DNA of 64,000 nucleotides from Thecamonas trahens ATCC 50062 (taxonomy: Eukaryota > Protista > Apusomonadida), in assembly GCF_000142905.1 (NCBI RefSeq), contig NW_013657672.1, positions 77,053 through 141,052 on the forward strand, read 5' to 3'. The notes beneath the pieces were generated by a model. It made no database searches. It was not told the DNA's origin and saw nothing but the letters and a program-made list of their open reading frames with translations. Of the stretch, positions 1 to 11,600 are shown one piece after another (the stretch's first letter is position 1; each line of letters opens with the position of its first letter). A program made the translations under genes and the position numbers.

Positions 1-2
1 AG

Positions 3-1103
3 CGGCTCGAAAAGGCGCTTGGCGGCGGGAGCTCGCAACCGCCGTCGCGTCGCGGACATCGCGGGCCGCCACGCCAGCGCCCGCGCCCCGGTGCCGCCGC
101 GCTCAAGCGCAAGCGCCCGCTGCGCCGCCCAGTCAAGTCCGCCGCTAAGGAGATCGAGATTGAGATCTTTGTTGCGCCGCCGCCGCCCAAGACTGCACCC
201 GCGCCATCGGAGGCCTCAGTCGACTCGGTCGAGTCAGCAGTCGACGCGCCGGCACCCAAGAAGCGCAAGTCGCTCGGCGCCCCGCGCCGCCAGCTTGCGC
301 CTGCCACCGGCTCGCCGACGCCGCAGCCTGCCACTGAGCCGCAGCCGATGGAACTCTCATCGCCGCAGGTGGCAGCCAAGGCGCGGCGCGCCCGCCGCTC
401 CCTTGGTGCCCCGCGCCGAGTCTCTGGCGCCGCCGACATGGTCCTCGCCTCGCCGCCGCAAGCCTCGCCGGCCGCAGCCGGCGCTCCGAAGGAGACGTCG
501 GCACGCCCACAGCGCGAGGCGTTCAAGCCGAGCCAAGGTCCATCGCGGCGTATGTCGCTGCTCACTGGTGGCGCCCGGCGCGCTCCGGTCCGCCGCAAGC
601 CCAGCGGCGGCGAGGCTCCGCGCCGATCGCGGGCCTCGCTCTCGGGCGGCGGCATGTCGGCCGCCCGGCGGATCCGCCGCCGCCCGGCGCCGGCCACACC
701 GGCTGCCGCTGCTGCCGCTGTCACTGCCCTCGCCGCCGTCTCCGAGGCTGCCAAGGAGAACGCAAGCCCGGAGCGGGTCCTTTCCTCGACCAATGTGCTC
801 GTGGAGAGGTCATCTTCGGCGGTGAAGAAGCCGCTGGCGCCTGTGGAGCCGGCGCAAGCGCCCGCCCCGCAACCGGCTGCGCCCAAGACACCCAAGACGC
901 CCAAGGCCAAGCGGCGGCCGTTTACCGTTCTCAACTCGCCGTCGCTCGACTCGCGGGCTTTCAATCTGCTTCGGACGCTGGCGTCGGCAACGCGCGACAC
1001 CTGCGCGTCGGTCCTCGACAGCATTGCGGCAGCGGCGACGCCGGTCAAGTACGCGCCGGTCACGCCCGGGCCGGCAGCACACGCCCGGCCGCACGACTCA
1101 TGA
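3..1103 (+). CDS. 3' part of a hypothetical low-complexity Pro/Ala/Arg/Lys-rich protein (5' truncated by the window edge)
   Basis: The frame of ORF 348..1103 stays open back to position 3 (RLEKALGGG...KEIEIEIFVAPPP). Codon usage matches the other genes. TGA stop at 1101-1103. No domain recognised. Confidence 0.6.
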   Translation, partial: RLEKALGGGSSQPPSRRGHRGPPRQRPRPGAAALKRKRPLRRPVKSAAKEIEIEIFVAPPPPKTAPAPSEASVDSVESAVDAPAPKKRKSLGAPRRQLAPATGSPTPQPATEPQPMELSSPQVAAKARRARRSLGAPRRVSGAADMVLASPPQASPAAAGAPKETSARPQREAFKPSQGPSRRMSLLTGGARRAPVRRKPSGGEAPRRSRASLSGGGMSAARRIRRRPAPATPAAAAAAVTALAAVSEAAKENASPERVLSSTNVLVERSSSAVKKPLAPVEPAQAPAPQPAAPKTPKTPKAKRRPFTVLNSPSLDSRAFNLLRTLASATRDTCASVLDSIAAAATPVKYAPVTPGPAAHARPHDS

Positions 1104-1182
1104 GACCAGCCGGCCTCCCCTCCATCCTAAATGTATCTTGCGCTCGACGAGGAGCCAAAGAAAGAAATCCACGCTTGAACAA

Positions 1183-2145
1183 CTAGACATCGCCGCAGTC
1201 CGAGTCCTCGGCAGCGTCAAGGACACAGTCGAGAGACGCCTTGGCGAGCTCGTACAGCTCCCACCCGACGGCCATGCCGATGGCGACCCGGGCGGTGCCC
1301 CAGCCAACGCGGAAGCGGTCGAGCATGAAGCGGAGCGGGGTCGGCGACGCCGCCATCTCACGGGCGAGGGATGTGAGGACGGCGGCAATGGTGGGCGAGC
1401 GGCGGTCAAAGCGGGCGGCGTACTTCATGTTGCGTACAAAGTTGAGCGGCGCCGAGGCCAATGTCGCCGTCGCCGCCGCCACCATGGAACTCACAAACGA
1501 GGTCGCCGAGCCAGCGCCGAGTGGGCGGAGAAGATCGTCGACGGGCGCGGAAAGAACGAGTCGGAGCGAGGCAAAGATGCCGCCGAACATGATGTCGCGG
1601 AGGACGGTGGTGCCAAGGCCGCGGAAGAGCGGGCGGAGCGAGCCGCCGCGGGCACGGACCATCGCCCGCGCAGTGCGGAAAAAGTTGTCCGGATTCTCCT
1701 TGCCCCAGTTGTGGTATTTGACGACAGAGATCGAGTTGAGAATGGCGCCGTTGCCCGCGCCAGCCAGATTGGCGGCGGCAAATATCTCCAGCGGCATCGC
1801 CTGCGACGTCACCGTCCGCCGCACCTCGCGCGACTGGGTGGCCAGGTCCAGCTCTAGCCGCCGTGCCACCAGCTGTGCCAAGATCCAGTCGTTGAGAATG
1901 AACCACGACGAGCCCGAGAGCGTCCGCTGGACCACCGCAGAGGTAAAGCCCTGGAACGGCTGCAGCCAGTTGCCGCGATGGATAAACGGCGTCCGGTCCT
2001 TGACCGACAGGTACAGCGCACGGTCCCACGGATTGAACAGCCCTGCAACCGTCACGCCCGAGGCCAGGCCGGCCAGCAGCGGCACGGTCCACACCCTGTT
2101 CGCCGCCAGCCACCGCGCCGTGGGCTCCATCGACGCCGGAACCAT
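1183..2145 (-). CDS. Mitochondrial carrier family (SLC25) protein
   Basis: About 320 aa from MVPASMEP. Three repeats with carrier-type motifs (FNPWDRAL, LFRGLGTTVLRDIMFGGIF, APLNFVRN) and hydrophobic helices. Start codon chosen by size; 2130 is an alternative. Confidence 0.8.
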   Translation of the reverse strand: MVPASMEPTARWLAANRVWTVPLLAGLASGVTVAGLFNPWDRALYLSVKDRTPFIHRGNWLQPFQGFTSAVVQRTLSGSSWFILNDWILAQLVARRLELDLATQSREVRRTVTSQAMPLEIFAAANLAGAGNGAILNSISVVKYHNWGKENPDNFFRTARAMVRARGGSLRPLFRGLGTTVLRDIMFGGIFASLRLVLSAPVDDLLRPLGAGSATSFVSSMVAAATATLASAPLNFVRNMKYAARFDRRSPTIAAVLTSLAREMAASPTPLRFMLDRFRVGWGTARVAIGMAVGWELYELAKASLDCVLDAAEDSDCGDV

Positions 2146-2617
2146 CACAATCTCAGGCTCGGCCACTTGCCCAATCCACACCCTCCTCCTCCTTCCATCG
2201 GTGTGCCCCTCATCACCGGCCCATGACCGGGCTCCATTACGTGGGCTGCACGCCGGCAAAGCCCAATATCGTCCCGCGCAGCTGCTCTCATTCTCCATCT
2301 CGTTGCTGTCGCGATGAGTGCTGTCGCGCCGACGCAGGCGGCTACGCCGACTCAGGCCAACATGGCAACCTAACAATTGCAGGTCGTCTTGGCCTCCGCC
2401 ACAACCACAACCATAGCCGCAACCAAAATCAAAGCCACCATCACAGCTACCATCATCACGACGTGGTGCGAGTTGATGACCGCGCGGCAGCAGAGAGTAC
2501 GCGGTACGAAACATAGCTCACAGGCTCTCTCGCTCCCAACCCTCTGTCTCCAGCTCTGTTCCTGTCTCCAGCTCTGTCCCTGTCCCCAGCTCTGTCCGTC
2601 TTCCCTGTCCCCTGCCT

Positions 2618-2680
2618 CCGACTCGGCTCGGTCTCCCGACTCGGCTCGGTCTCCCGACTCGGCTCGGTCTCCCGACTCAG
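2618..2680. repeat. 18-bp tandem repeat (cccgactcggctcggtct), about 3.5 copies
   Basis: Direct repeats read from the sequence. Confidence 0.8.
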
Positions 2681-3023
2681 CTCCTTGCCTGCCTTGGAGT
2701 GGGAAGGGTGACGGAAGAGATACAGCAGCTGATTGCCTTGCTCTTGCTCTTGCTCTTCTTGCCTCGTCCTTGTACCTGTGGCTGTGCTCGTGCTCTTGGC
2801 TGCTGTCCTGTCCAGCCTCTCCTCCACTTTCTCCTCCAGTGCTCGCTTGGCCCACGTGGCGGTTCGCGTCACGCGAACCGGAGTTGAGTCCGTTGACGAG
2901 TCACAGAGGCCGGGCCAGCAGAGCCACAGGCCACATGACACAGGCCTCTCACTCTACCATCACCCTGGTCTTAACAACACCCATCAGTTTATCTCTCATC
3001 ACCAGCATGATGGCACCCGCACC

Positions 3024-3086
3024 CGCATCAGCATCAGCATCAGCATCAGCATCAGCATCAGCATCAGCATCAGCATCAGCATCAGC
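3024..3086. repeat. (GCATCA)n microsatellite
   Basis: About 10 perfect hexamer copies just downstream of the HSF stop. Confidence 0.95.
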
Positions 3087-3091
3087 CAACG

Positions 3092-4619
3092 TCAGCGCGG
3101 CGTCTCGAGCATGCCCGAGTACGCCTTACTGCCCGGGGCAGGGTCGTTAAACTTGAAGACTTCGGCCTGGACGCCGCCGAGCGGCGTGTCAGCCACCCCG
3201 TCGAGCGGGTTGGATGCCGACGAAGTGGCTGCCTCGGCGAGCGTTTGCATCGACGGCGAGAACGCCATGTTTGGATCCTTGGGCGTGAGGCCGGTCGACG
3301 GGAGCTTGCCGGCAAAAGGCATGGGCGGCGCGACGGCGATAGCGGGAACGTTGACCGAGAGGTTCTTGCGCCGCTTGGCTGCTGGCAGCTTCGAGCCACC
3401 CTCCAGCGGGCGAGTCGAGCCGACCGGATGCCCCAGGGCTGGCTGGGAAGGTGCCGAAGACACAATGCCCTGCTGAGTTCCGTCAAACGGCATGTGCCGT
3501 TGTATAATGCTTGTCAGGAACGTGACTTGGTTGTGAAGCATGTGCAGCGTTTGCGACATCGACCGCTGGTTACTGTGGATTCGGATGTGTGACTGCTCGA
3601 TCCGATGCACCCGCTCCGGCAGCGGCTGGGTTGGGTCGATGAGGACCTGGTCGGTTCCCGGCGAGCCCGAGAACGGAGAGTAGTTGGCCGACGCCCCACC
3701 TGGCGACGAGCCTGGCGACGGCGAGGCCAAGGAGCTTGCCACTCCGCTGTTGCCTCCCTTGCCACCCTTGCCGCCCTTCCCACGCCCGGTCCTGGCCACC
3801 GACCGCGCCGCCACCGCCGTCTTGGCCACCGACGCCGGCGCTGAACCCGTTCTGGACGCCGATGTCGATGCTGACCGCGACCGCGTCGAGTTCCGCGACG
3901 TCTTTTGCAGCACCGGATTGGTGCTGATGCCTTTGGCAGCCAGCTCGGCCTGGGTCTTCTTCACCGACTTGCGCTCGATGCGAGCGAGCGACTCCTCGTC
4001 GTTCTCCCGAAAGAACTCATGGGCAAACTCCCAATGATTAGGATCGCCCAGTTTGCGGAAGCCATACATGTTGAGCTGTCTGATAAACGAGGAAAAGTTG
4101 TTGTGCTTAAAGTACTTTCCCAGCACTTCCTCCTGCAACGCATCCGTATCCTCCACCAAGAACGCCATGCCGTCCTTGCACCAATGGATGATCTGTCTCA
4201 ACTACCTGTGTAAGTCCGTCTTCTGCACCCACTACACCTCCACACGTGTACATACCCTCTCCACACATCCATTGCACTCCAGTTCCCCCTTGCCCATCTC
4301 TGTCACCCATCCCTTTCCACAATGCGTGGGGCGAGGGGGGGGGGGGGGTTGAGGCAGGCGGACAGGACGAGTCAAAAATCGATCATTGGCACACCCGACA
4401 ACCATATAGGCATGGCCAAGGGGGGGGAGGGCAGGGAGGGCAAGGTGTCTGGCCAGGTACAGTCACTGAGAGTGGCCATACTGAAGGGGGGGGGTTGGGG
4501 GAAGGGCAGATATATGGCTCACTTGTAGTGGGCTTGTCTTGACTGCGTACATGGTCCCACTCCTTCTCCTGCACCATAGCAAAGGTCTTGGTCAGGAAGC
4601 CCGCAATGCGTCCCGACAT
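3092..4619 (-). CDS. Heat-shock-factor (HSF) family transcription factor; exons 4619-4551 and 4192-3092
   Basis: Splicing the GTACGC...AG intron (4550-4193, phase 0) gives MSGRIAGFLTKTFAMVQEKEWDH/IIHWCKDG...KYFKHNNFSSFIRQLNMYGFRK...WEFAHEFF, the HSF DNA-binding signature. A short heptad coiled coil follows. Confidence 0.93.
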
Positions 4620-5676
4620 GCTCTGCTTCCTCACAGAGGGAGGAGTGGGAAGTGTGGAAGTGGCCGAGGGAGAAATGAGTCGGCATCACGCTTCCAGAGA
4701 GTAACCATAAATACATGCGAATGAACGGGGTTTTTCAATCCGTTACCGTATGGAATGGACAAATTTGTCCATCGGGCGCAAGCCGCGCTCCGGCGACGCT
4801 CCACAGACATCGCAACGTCCATCAATTGCGGTGTAAGAGTAGTAGTACAATGTGTTAATGGCTGCTGTGGCCACTAGTGGGCCACAACAGAAAACAGTCG
4901 GCGATGCAGAGATGGACGCTGCGCGCGGCGCAAAGGGGCCGCCTTTGCGGCCGCGATCGCTTACCATGAAGCCTCCGGGCAGGCGAGGCAGTCGCGTCGC
5001 AGAGCGGCTCGCTGGGGAATAGTGGTGATGACGAGCAGCTGCTGCAGAGGGTCGCTCCTGCTTGCGCGACAGTGCAGAGCTGACGGCATCGGCGCTGGCG
5101 GCGAGGGCGTCGATGATGTCGTAGATAAAAGCCACGCGAGTCGTGGCGGGGCGTGGGCTCGTGTCAGCGGAGAGCACGTAAGCAGCGTCCAGAATCCAGT
5201 ACACGATGGCGTGCCACCACTTGCGCGGCCACGCCGACCGGCAAGCTCGTCCGTCACAAGAATATCCACAACATCCTCGCGCTCTCCCGTCCGGCCGATG
5301 TGTTCAACTCTGGCATGTTCTCCTTCCCGGTCGTCGGGGGTGCTCTGGATCGCTGGAGCTCGTGGAGGCTGGTCTGGTTCATCCGGCGAGGCCGATGCCA
5401 CTCGCTCTGGCTGGTGCTTGGTCCGGGGACGACGGATCAGCGTCAAGTGGAGATGACTGGCCAGTACGTGTTGCTTCAGCTGGCTACGGTCCGGCCTTTC
5501 TGCGTCCGAGCTTGCGCGACTCGACCTGGTGGGCGCTCCCATGGACGAGTCACTGACGACTCAGTGTGCTCACCGGTGACACTCACTCGCAATCAAGACC
5601 AAGGCCAAGCCACAACCACAACCACACAACTCGTCTCCTCCTCCCTCTCCTTCCTTCCACCACAAGAGGGGCGGGA

Positions 5677-8600
5677 ATGGAGCTTTCCAGGCTCGACACG
5701 CTGCTTGCTGAGCGGTCGCGCAAGCTGGCCGAGGCAGAGTCAGAGCTGAAGAGAAAGACGGCGCCCGAGGCTGCGCCGCCGCTACCGACGCTAGAGAGCA
5801 TCCAGCCGCACTCTGCTCAGTCGCAGATCGAGCGCATCGAGGCGCGGGCAAAGGAGATGGACTCGATCGTCAACTCAGTGACTGCAGTGGTTGCCTCGTA
5901 TGAGGCACTTGATCGCGACTTGCTTCCATCCACCACAGGCGACTTTGCGCAGGTTGGCGAGGCGGTGGCGTTTGCCACGCCGACCGATCTCGAGGGTCTT
6001 GTGGCCCACTCCAAGGCCCGCGTCAAGTCGCTCTTCATGGCCTACCACAAACTATCAGCCGAGCAAACCAACACACTGGCCTCGCTCTCCACCTGGTTCT
6101 CCATCCGCGGCAAGGACGACGTCGACGATTTGGCCGAGGCCGAGGCCCTGGTCGCCACCACGGGCGCCGAGTTGGACTCGCGCCCGACGAGCGGCGTCGA
6201 TGTGCTCGACGAGTCGGCTTCGTCTCTGCTTGACGCCCGCGGCGCCAAGGACAAGCTCTCTGCCCTGCACTCGGACATTCTCGAGGTCTGTGTCGACATC
6301 CTCAAGGCCCGCCAGGCCGAGACCGCTGACATGGTCCCGCGCTCGGCGCTTGACGACACGCTCAACGCTCTTCGCATGGCCACCCGCTCTGCCAACAAGC
6401 TCAAGGCCGACTACGAGAGCGCGCAGGCCGAGCTAGCCGCCGCCCGTACCGACGCTGTCGTCTCGCGCGAGGCCGCCGAAGCCGCCAAGGCCTCGCTCGC
6501 ACTGATGTCGCGCGATACCGACGTCGACCAGCTCCACTCGCGCCTCAAGGCTGCCCACCGCAAGATCGAGTCGCTCTCTGCCGAGAACGACCGCCTCTCA
6601 TCGCAGCTCGAGGCGCTCGACGTCCTCCCGCAGGGCCCGGGCCTCCGCCGCGCCAACTCGTCCAAGTCCTCGCGCGCCTCGCTCCGGCCAGGCTCGGGCC
6701 GCGGCCGCCGGGGCAAGACCCGCGGGCTTGTCCGCTCGGGCTCGCGCTCGCTCCGCCGCTCACCCTCGTCCGATGATTCCGCCGATACCACCGCCGCTAG
6801 CAAAGACGTGGCCGCCATCAAGCAGCAGCTCAACTCGGTCGCCCGCGACGCACGCCACACTAAGCTCCAGCTCGAGGCCAAAGTTCGCACCCTCCGCGCA
6901 GACCTCTCCGCCAAGGAGAAGATGTCGTCGCGCGCCCGCTCTCAGCTCCAGACCGAGCTCGAGACCATGCGCGAGAAGATGATTGCCAAGCTCAAGTCCA
7001 AGCACGACAAAGAGGTCCAGAAGCTCACCATCGACGCCGACCGCAAGGTCCGCGCCGCCCTCAAAGAGTCACAGCTCGCTCTCGAGAAACAGGCCGCCTC
7101 GCTCCGCAAGGCTTTTACCACAAAGGACAACGCCAAACTGCTCGCCGCTCTCAAGTCCGACTTTGACACCCGGTTTAACGCCATGCGGCGCGGGCTCGAG
7201 AAGCAGCTCCGCGAGGAGCGCCTCGAACACCGCCAGATCGTCCGCACCCTCAAGTTTGACTTCCGCAAGCGCCTCGAGACCGTCGAGTTTGTCCATGAGG
7301 CTCAGTCCCGCGCCCTCAAGATCGACTACCGTGAAGAGTACGCCCGCCGCTTTGAGGCCCTCCATGCCAACATGGAGCGTCGTATCCACCACGAGACCGC
7401 CGCCGCGCTCGCCGCCATGGAAGACCAGGCCGCCTCTCACGCTCAGGAGCTCGACATTCTTCGCTTCCGGCTCGCCACCCTTGCTGCAGAAAAGGAAGAG
7501 AAGGACAAGGCCGCTGCAAGCTCGTCCGCAGACCTCGCCGAGGCGATCCAAGTCCTCCAGCGCTCGCCGTCGACTGTCGACGACGCCTCGTTCCGCGGCA
7601 TCATCACCGATCTCCGCTCCCAGCTCAAGGCTGAGATCGACAAGCGCACCGTGCTCACCGCCAAGCACGCCCGCGAGCTTCGCGACCTTCGTCTCAAGTA
7701 CGAGTCGGACGTCGCGTCCATGTCGCTCACCCGTGACGTCGAGCGCCGCGGTATCGACTATGGCCTTTCGTCCGAAGAAGCTCAGGTCTACTACGTCGAC
7801 ATGATCACCGCACGCCTCCGTGAGCTCGACGCCCTCGGCTGGTCGCTCGAGAAGGAGGTCCTCACCCGCGAGCTTGAGCGGGCGCGCAACCGCGTCGCCG
7901 CCGGCGAAATCGACCGCGATGCAACTGACCTTGCCCACCACGCCTCGGAGACCAAGCTGAACGAGCTCCGCAATGCGCAAGCCTCTGAACTCGACGCCCT
8001 CACCGCCCAGCTCGATGCCCTCACCGAGGACGACGAGGCAACACAGGTCGAAAACAAGCTCGCCATCTATGCCGAGCTTGAGCAGGTCAAGGCCCGCCAT
8101 GCTCAGGAAATCGAAGCTCTGCAGGCACAGCTTGCCGCAAACTCAAACGCCGCGGACCCGTCGCCGGCAAACTCGGAGTCGGGCGACGATGCATCGGCCG
8201 AGCAGAGCGGCAACGCTGGTCCTGGTCAAGGACAGCCGGCCGTGCCGACCATCTTGCTCGACGACTCGACCGTGCTCGAGCCGAACGCGCTGGCGTCGAT
8301 CCTCGGGCCTGGGCGCGAGCTCATCAACTACGACGATGTCCGTGCCAACGATGCTGACGACGCCGGCGTCACATCCGATGCACCCGCTACAAATCGCTCG
8401 AGTGAGGCTAGCGAGAGCCACGGTCTCCGCGCGCCTTCGGACCTGGATCTCCCCCTCGTTTCGCCAGCCATGACTCGCATTGTCTCGCAATCGGAGCTCA
8501 AGCCTTCCGGCGCTGGAATGGAGTCGCCCGCAGCAACTGCCCGGCGCGAGGCCATGCTCAAGGCCGAGGCCGAGCGGCGCGCCACTGTGATCAAGGACCA

Positions 8601-11600
8601 GGTTGAGGCGATGAAGCGCGAGCTCCAGCGGCACGCCTCGGTTCAGGAAGCGCAGGTTCACAACAAGATTGTGCTCCTCCGCGAGGACTATCGCGCGCGC
8701 TGCACCGCGCTCGGCAACGCCATCAAGGATGCCGACAAGTTCGATCCCAGTCGCGCCGAGGAGCTGCGCCGGCAGATGAAGGCCCTGACCTTGGCCCACA
8801 AGCGGAACATCAACATGCTCCGCGCCTCGGTCAACGAGCTCGACGCCATCCACGCAGCCCGACTCGCCGAGTATCACGACTCGCTCATGGCCAAGGAGAA
8901 GATCTACCAGACAAACCTTCGACTGCAGGAGCAGCTGCTCTCGTCGACCATGGAGGAGAAGGAGCACCTGCTCTCGGTCCTCGACGAGTTCCGCAATGCC
9001 AACGCGCTCGAAGTCCACCGAACTGCACTCGGCGCTGCACTCGAGGCGTCGCACGCCGCCGACATGTCGGCGGCCGCGCTCCTCGCCGACGACGGCCTCA
9101 TGTCGACGGCCTCGGTTCAGGCTGTGCTCTCCGACCTGGACACCTCGGCCGCGACTTGTCTCGATCTCCGCGGCAAGGCGCTTCCGCTGTGGGCGCGCCT
9201 CCGCGCCCTGGTCGACTCTGTGGTCACCGCGTCGAGCGTCTCGCTCTCGGACACTGCCGCCGAGCTCGAGCGTGCCGAAGACGAGCGATCCGACGCAATG
9301 CGCAAGGCTGTCGAGCTCGACACCGAGTTGGCCACCGTTCGCCGCCGGGTGCACGCCCTCGAGGACGACATGGTCCACCAGCGCCAGCTGTGGAACAAGC
9401 AGCTCGAGTTGTGGCAGGCCTCGGTTCAGGAGAAGCAGAACTCTATGTCGCACACGTACCAGGCTCTAGAGCAGGCCAAGGACCTGGAGATATCGGCGCT
9501 CAAGACCGAGCTTGCCTACTATGTGGCTGAGCGCGCCGAGCTGGAGGCGGTCGCTCTTGAGGCTGGAGTCCGCTCCACCTCGCGCTCTCGCTCGGAGTCG
9601 CAGTCCCCAGCTGCTGCTCTCCCCGACGACCACGCTGTCGCAGACTCGACGACACGCTCGCCGACCGAGACAGGCCCGTCGCAGAGCGAACCCCCCATTG
9701 CGTTTTCGGACACTGCGCCGACGACGTCAGGTGAGAGCAAAGTTTCGCAGCCGCAGAATCTTGCTCCTCCGGCCCACTCGCTCGCCCACCATCGGACGCC
9801 CGAAGAGCGCGAGCGCGACTCACAGGCTCTCGCCGACATTGCGGCCCAAGTCGAAGCCGCCAAGGCGCAAGTCGACGCGGCGTCGTCCGAGCTGGAGGCG
9901 GCGACGGCGCTGCCGTCGTCGTTCACGCCGCAGCCAGTCAATGACGAGAGCAGCGAACCGGAGCCGAGCCGGTCGGTGCTACAAGCGCCCCTCCCGCTCC
10001 AGGCGCGTGTGCCACAAGTCGACGCGGGCGTACAGACCGATCCGATGGATCCGGCGCAGCTGGCGTCGGCCATGTCGCACGAGCTGGCAGCCGAGCTCGC
10101 AGAAATCGACGACGGGCTGGACGAGGTCAGGTCACAGAGCTCGTCGGCGGCGGGTGCCGCAACCCGCATCGGGCTTCTGGAAGACCAAGTGCGGTCGTTC
10201 TCACTGCGGCTGCGGTCAGTTATCGTGGAGAGCGACAAGGCGCGGAGCGTGCATGCGCGTGAGCTGCGCAATCTTCACAGTGAGCTGGAGAAGGAACGCA
10301 GCAAGTATCTAGTGCGGCTCCGCGAGGTGGAGGGCAAGCATGGAGACGAAGTGCGGCGGCTACGCAAGCGCGGTGACGAGCTGCGCAAGGCAGCCGACGA
10401 GGAGCTGAACCTTGTGCGGGTCGAGGCAAGCCACAAGCTCGAGGCCGCGCGCGATGTGTACGAGCGACGCATCAAGCAGCTGCTGGGAGTGATTGCCGCC
10501 AAGAGCAACGCAAATGAGCACACGCTCGACTCGGTCAAGCAGACGACGGCTACTGAGATCAGCGAGCTCCGGGCCGCGGTTGAGTCTGCACAAATGTCGA
10601 CGGAGCAGCGACTGGTGTTTGAGCAGCGGCGGTTTGAGCAAGAGCTCCAGGCCCTGGGCTCGCAGTTCCGCGCCGAAGCGCTCAAGGTGCATGCAGCAGT
10701 GTGCCATGTGGCGTCAGATGTGGCAGACGGCCTGATGCGGATCGACGGTGCGAGCGGCCTCGCGCTGCACGAGACGGTGGCGGCAGCGAACGAGACGGCG
10801 CTGGCCAAGACCGAGGTTGACGACACGCCCGTGCTTCTCAGCGCCGATGTTGCGGTCCTCACGGCGCTCTGCGACGCGGTGCTGCGGGTGGTGTCCGAAA
10901 AGGCGCACAGCGCGCGAGTCGACATTGCGGCGCACAAGGCCAAGACTCCGTGGCAGAGCCAGCCAGCTCCGAGCGCGGCCGCGAGCTCGACCCACGAGGA
11001 AGAGCTCGAGGCGCGGGTGGCTGAGCTGGAGCTGGCGCTCAAGGCGCAGGCCGTGCAGCTGGCGCGGGCCAAGGCGCGCGCAAATGATGCGTCGGTCGAG
11101 GCGTCGGACGCCGAGCTGAGCAAGTATGAGGCGTCGACGCCGCGCGAGTCGCCGCACGAGCTTATCGGGCACCTGCGGATGGAAGTGCGGGCGACACGGA
11201 CGGCGCTGGCGCGCAAGGCGGTGGCGGTCCGTGAGCGCGAGTCGGTCATTGACATGCAGGCGGACCATATTGACGCGCTGCAGACGACAATTGAGCGGCT
11301 GCGGTCGCGGCTGGCGTTCTTCCAGCGGCACCCAAACGAGTTTCTGCAGATTACGGCTGCGCCTGGTGGCGCGTCGCGCCCAAGCACTTCGGGCTCGGGC
11401 GGAAGCTCGAGAGGCTCCTTCGTCCGCCCACGGCCGCCGGCCTTTCCGCCACCGGGCGGCATCGCACGGCCAAACCCGCTGCGGCGGGTGGCATCGGCCG
11501 TCGTGATGTCGCGGAGGGTGGCGAGCGCAAGTCGCGAGATGGACGCCTCGGAAGCAGAGGCTGCTGGCCCAGTTGCGGTCGCGCTGCAGCTGCAGCGCGG

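Noticed and set aside
2370-3150. ORFs between the carrier and HSF genes
   Set aside because: Built from simple repeats and open in many frames because of high GC.
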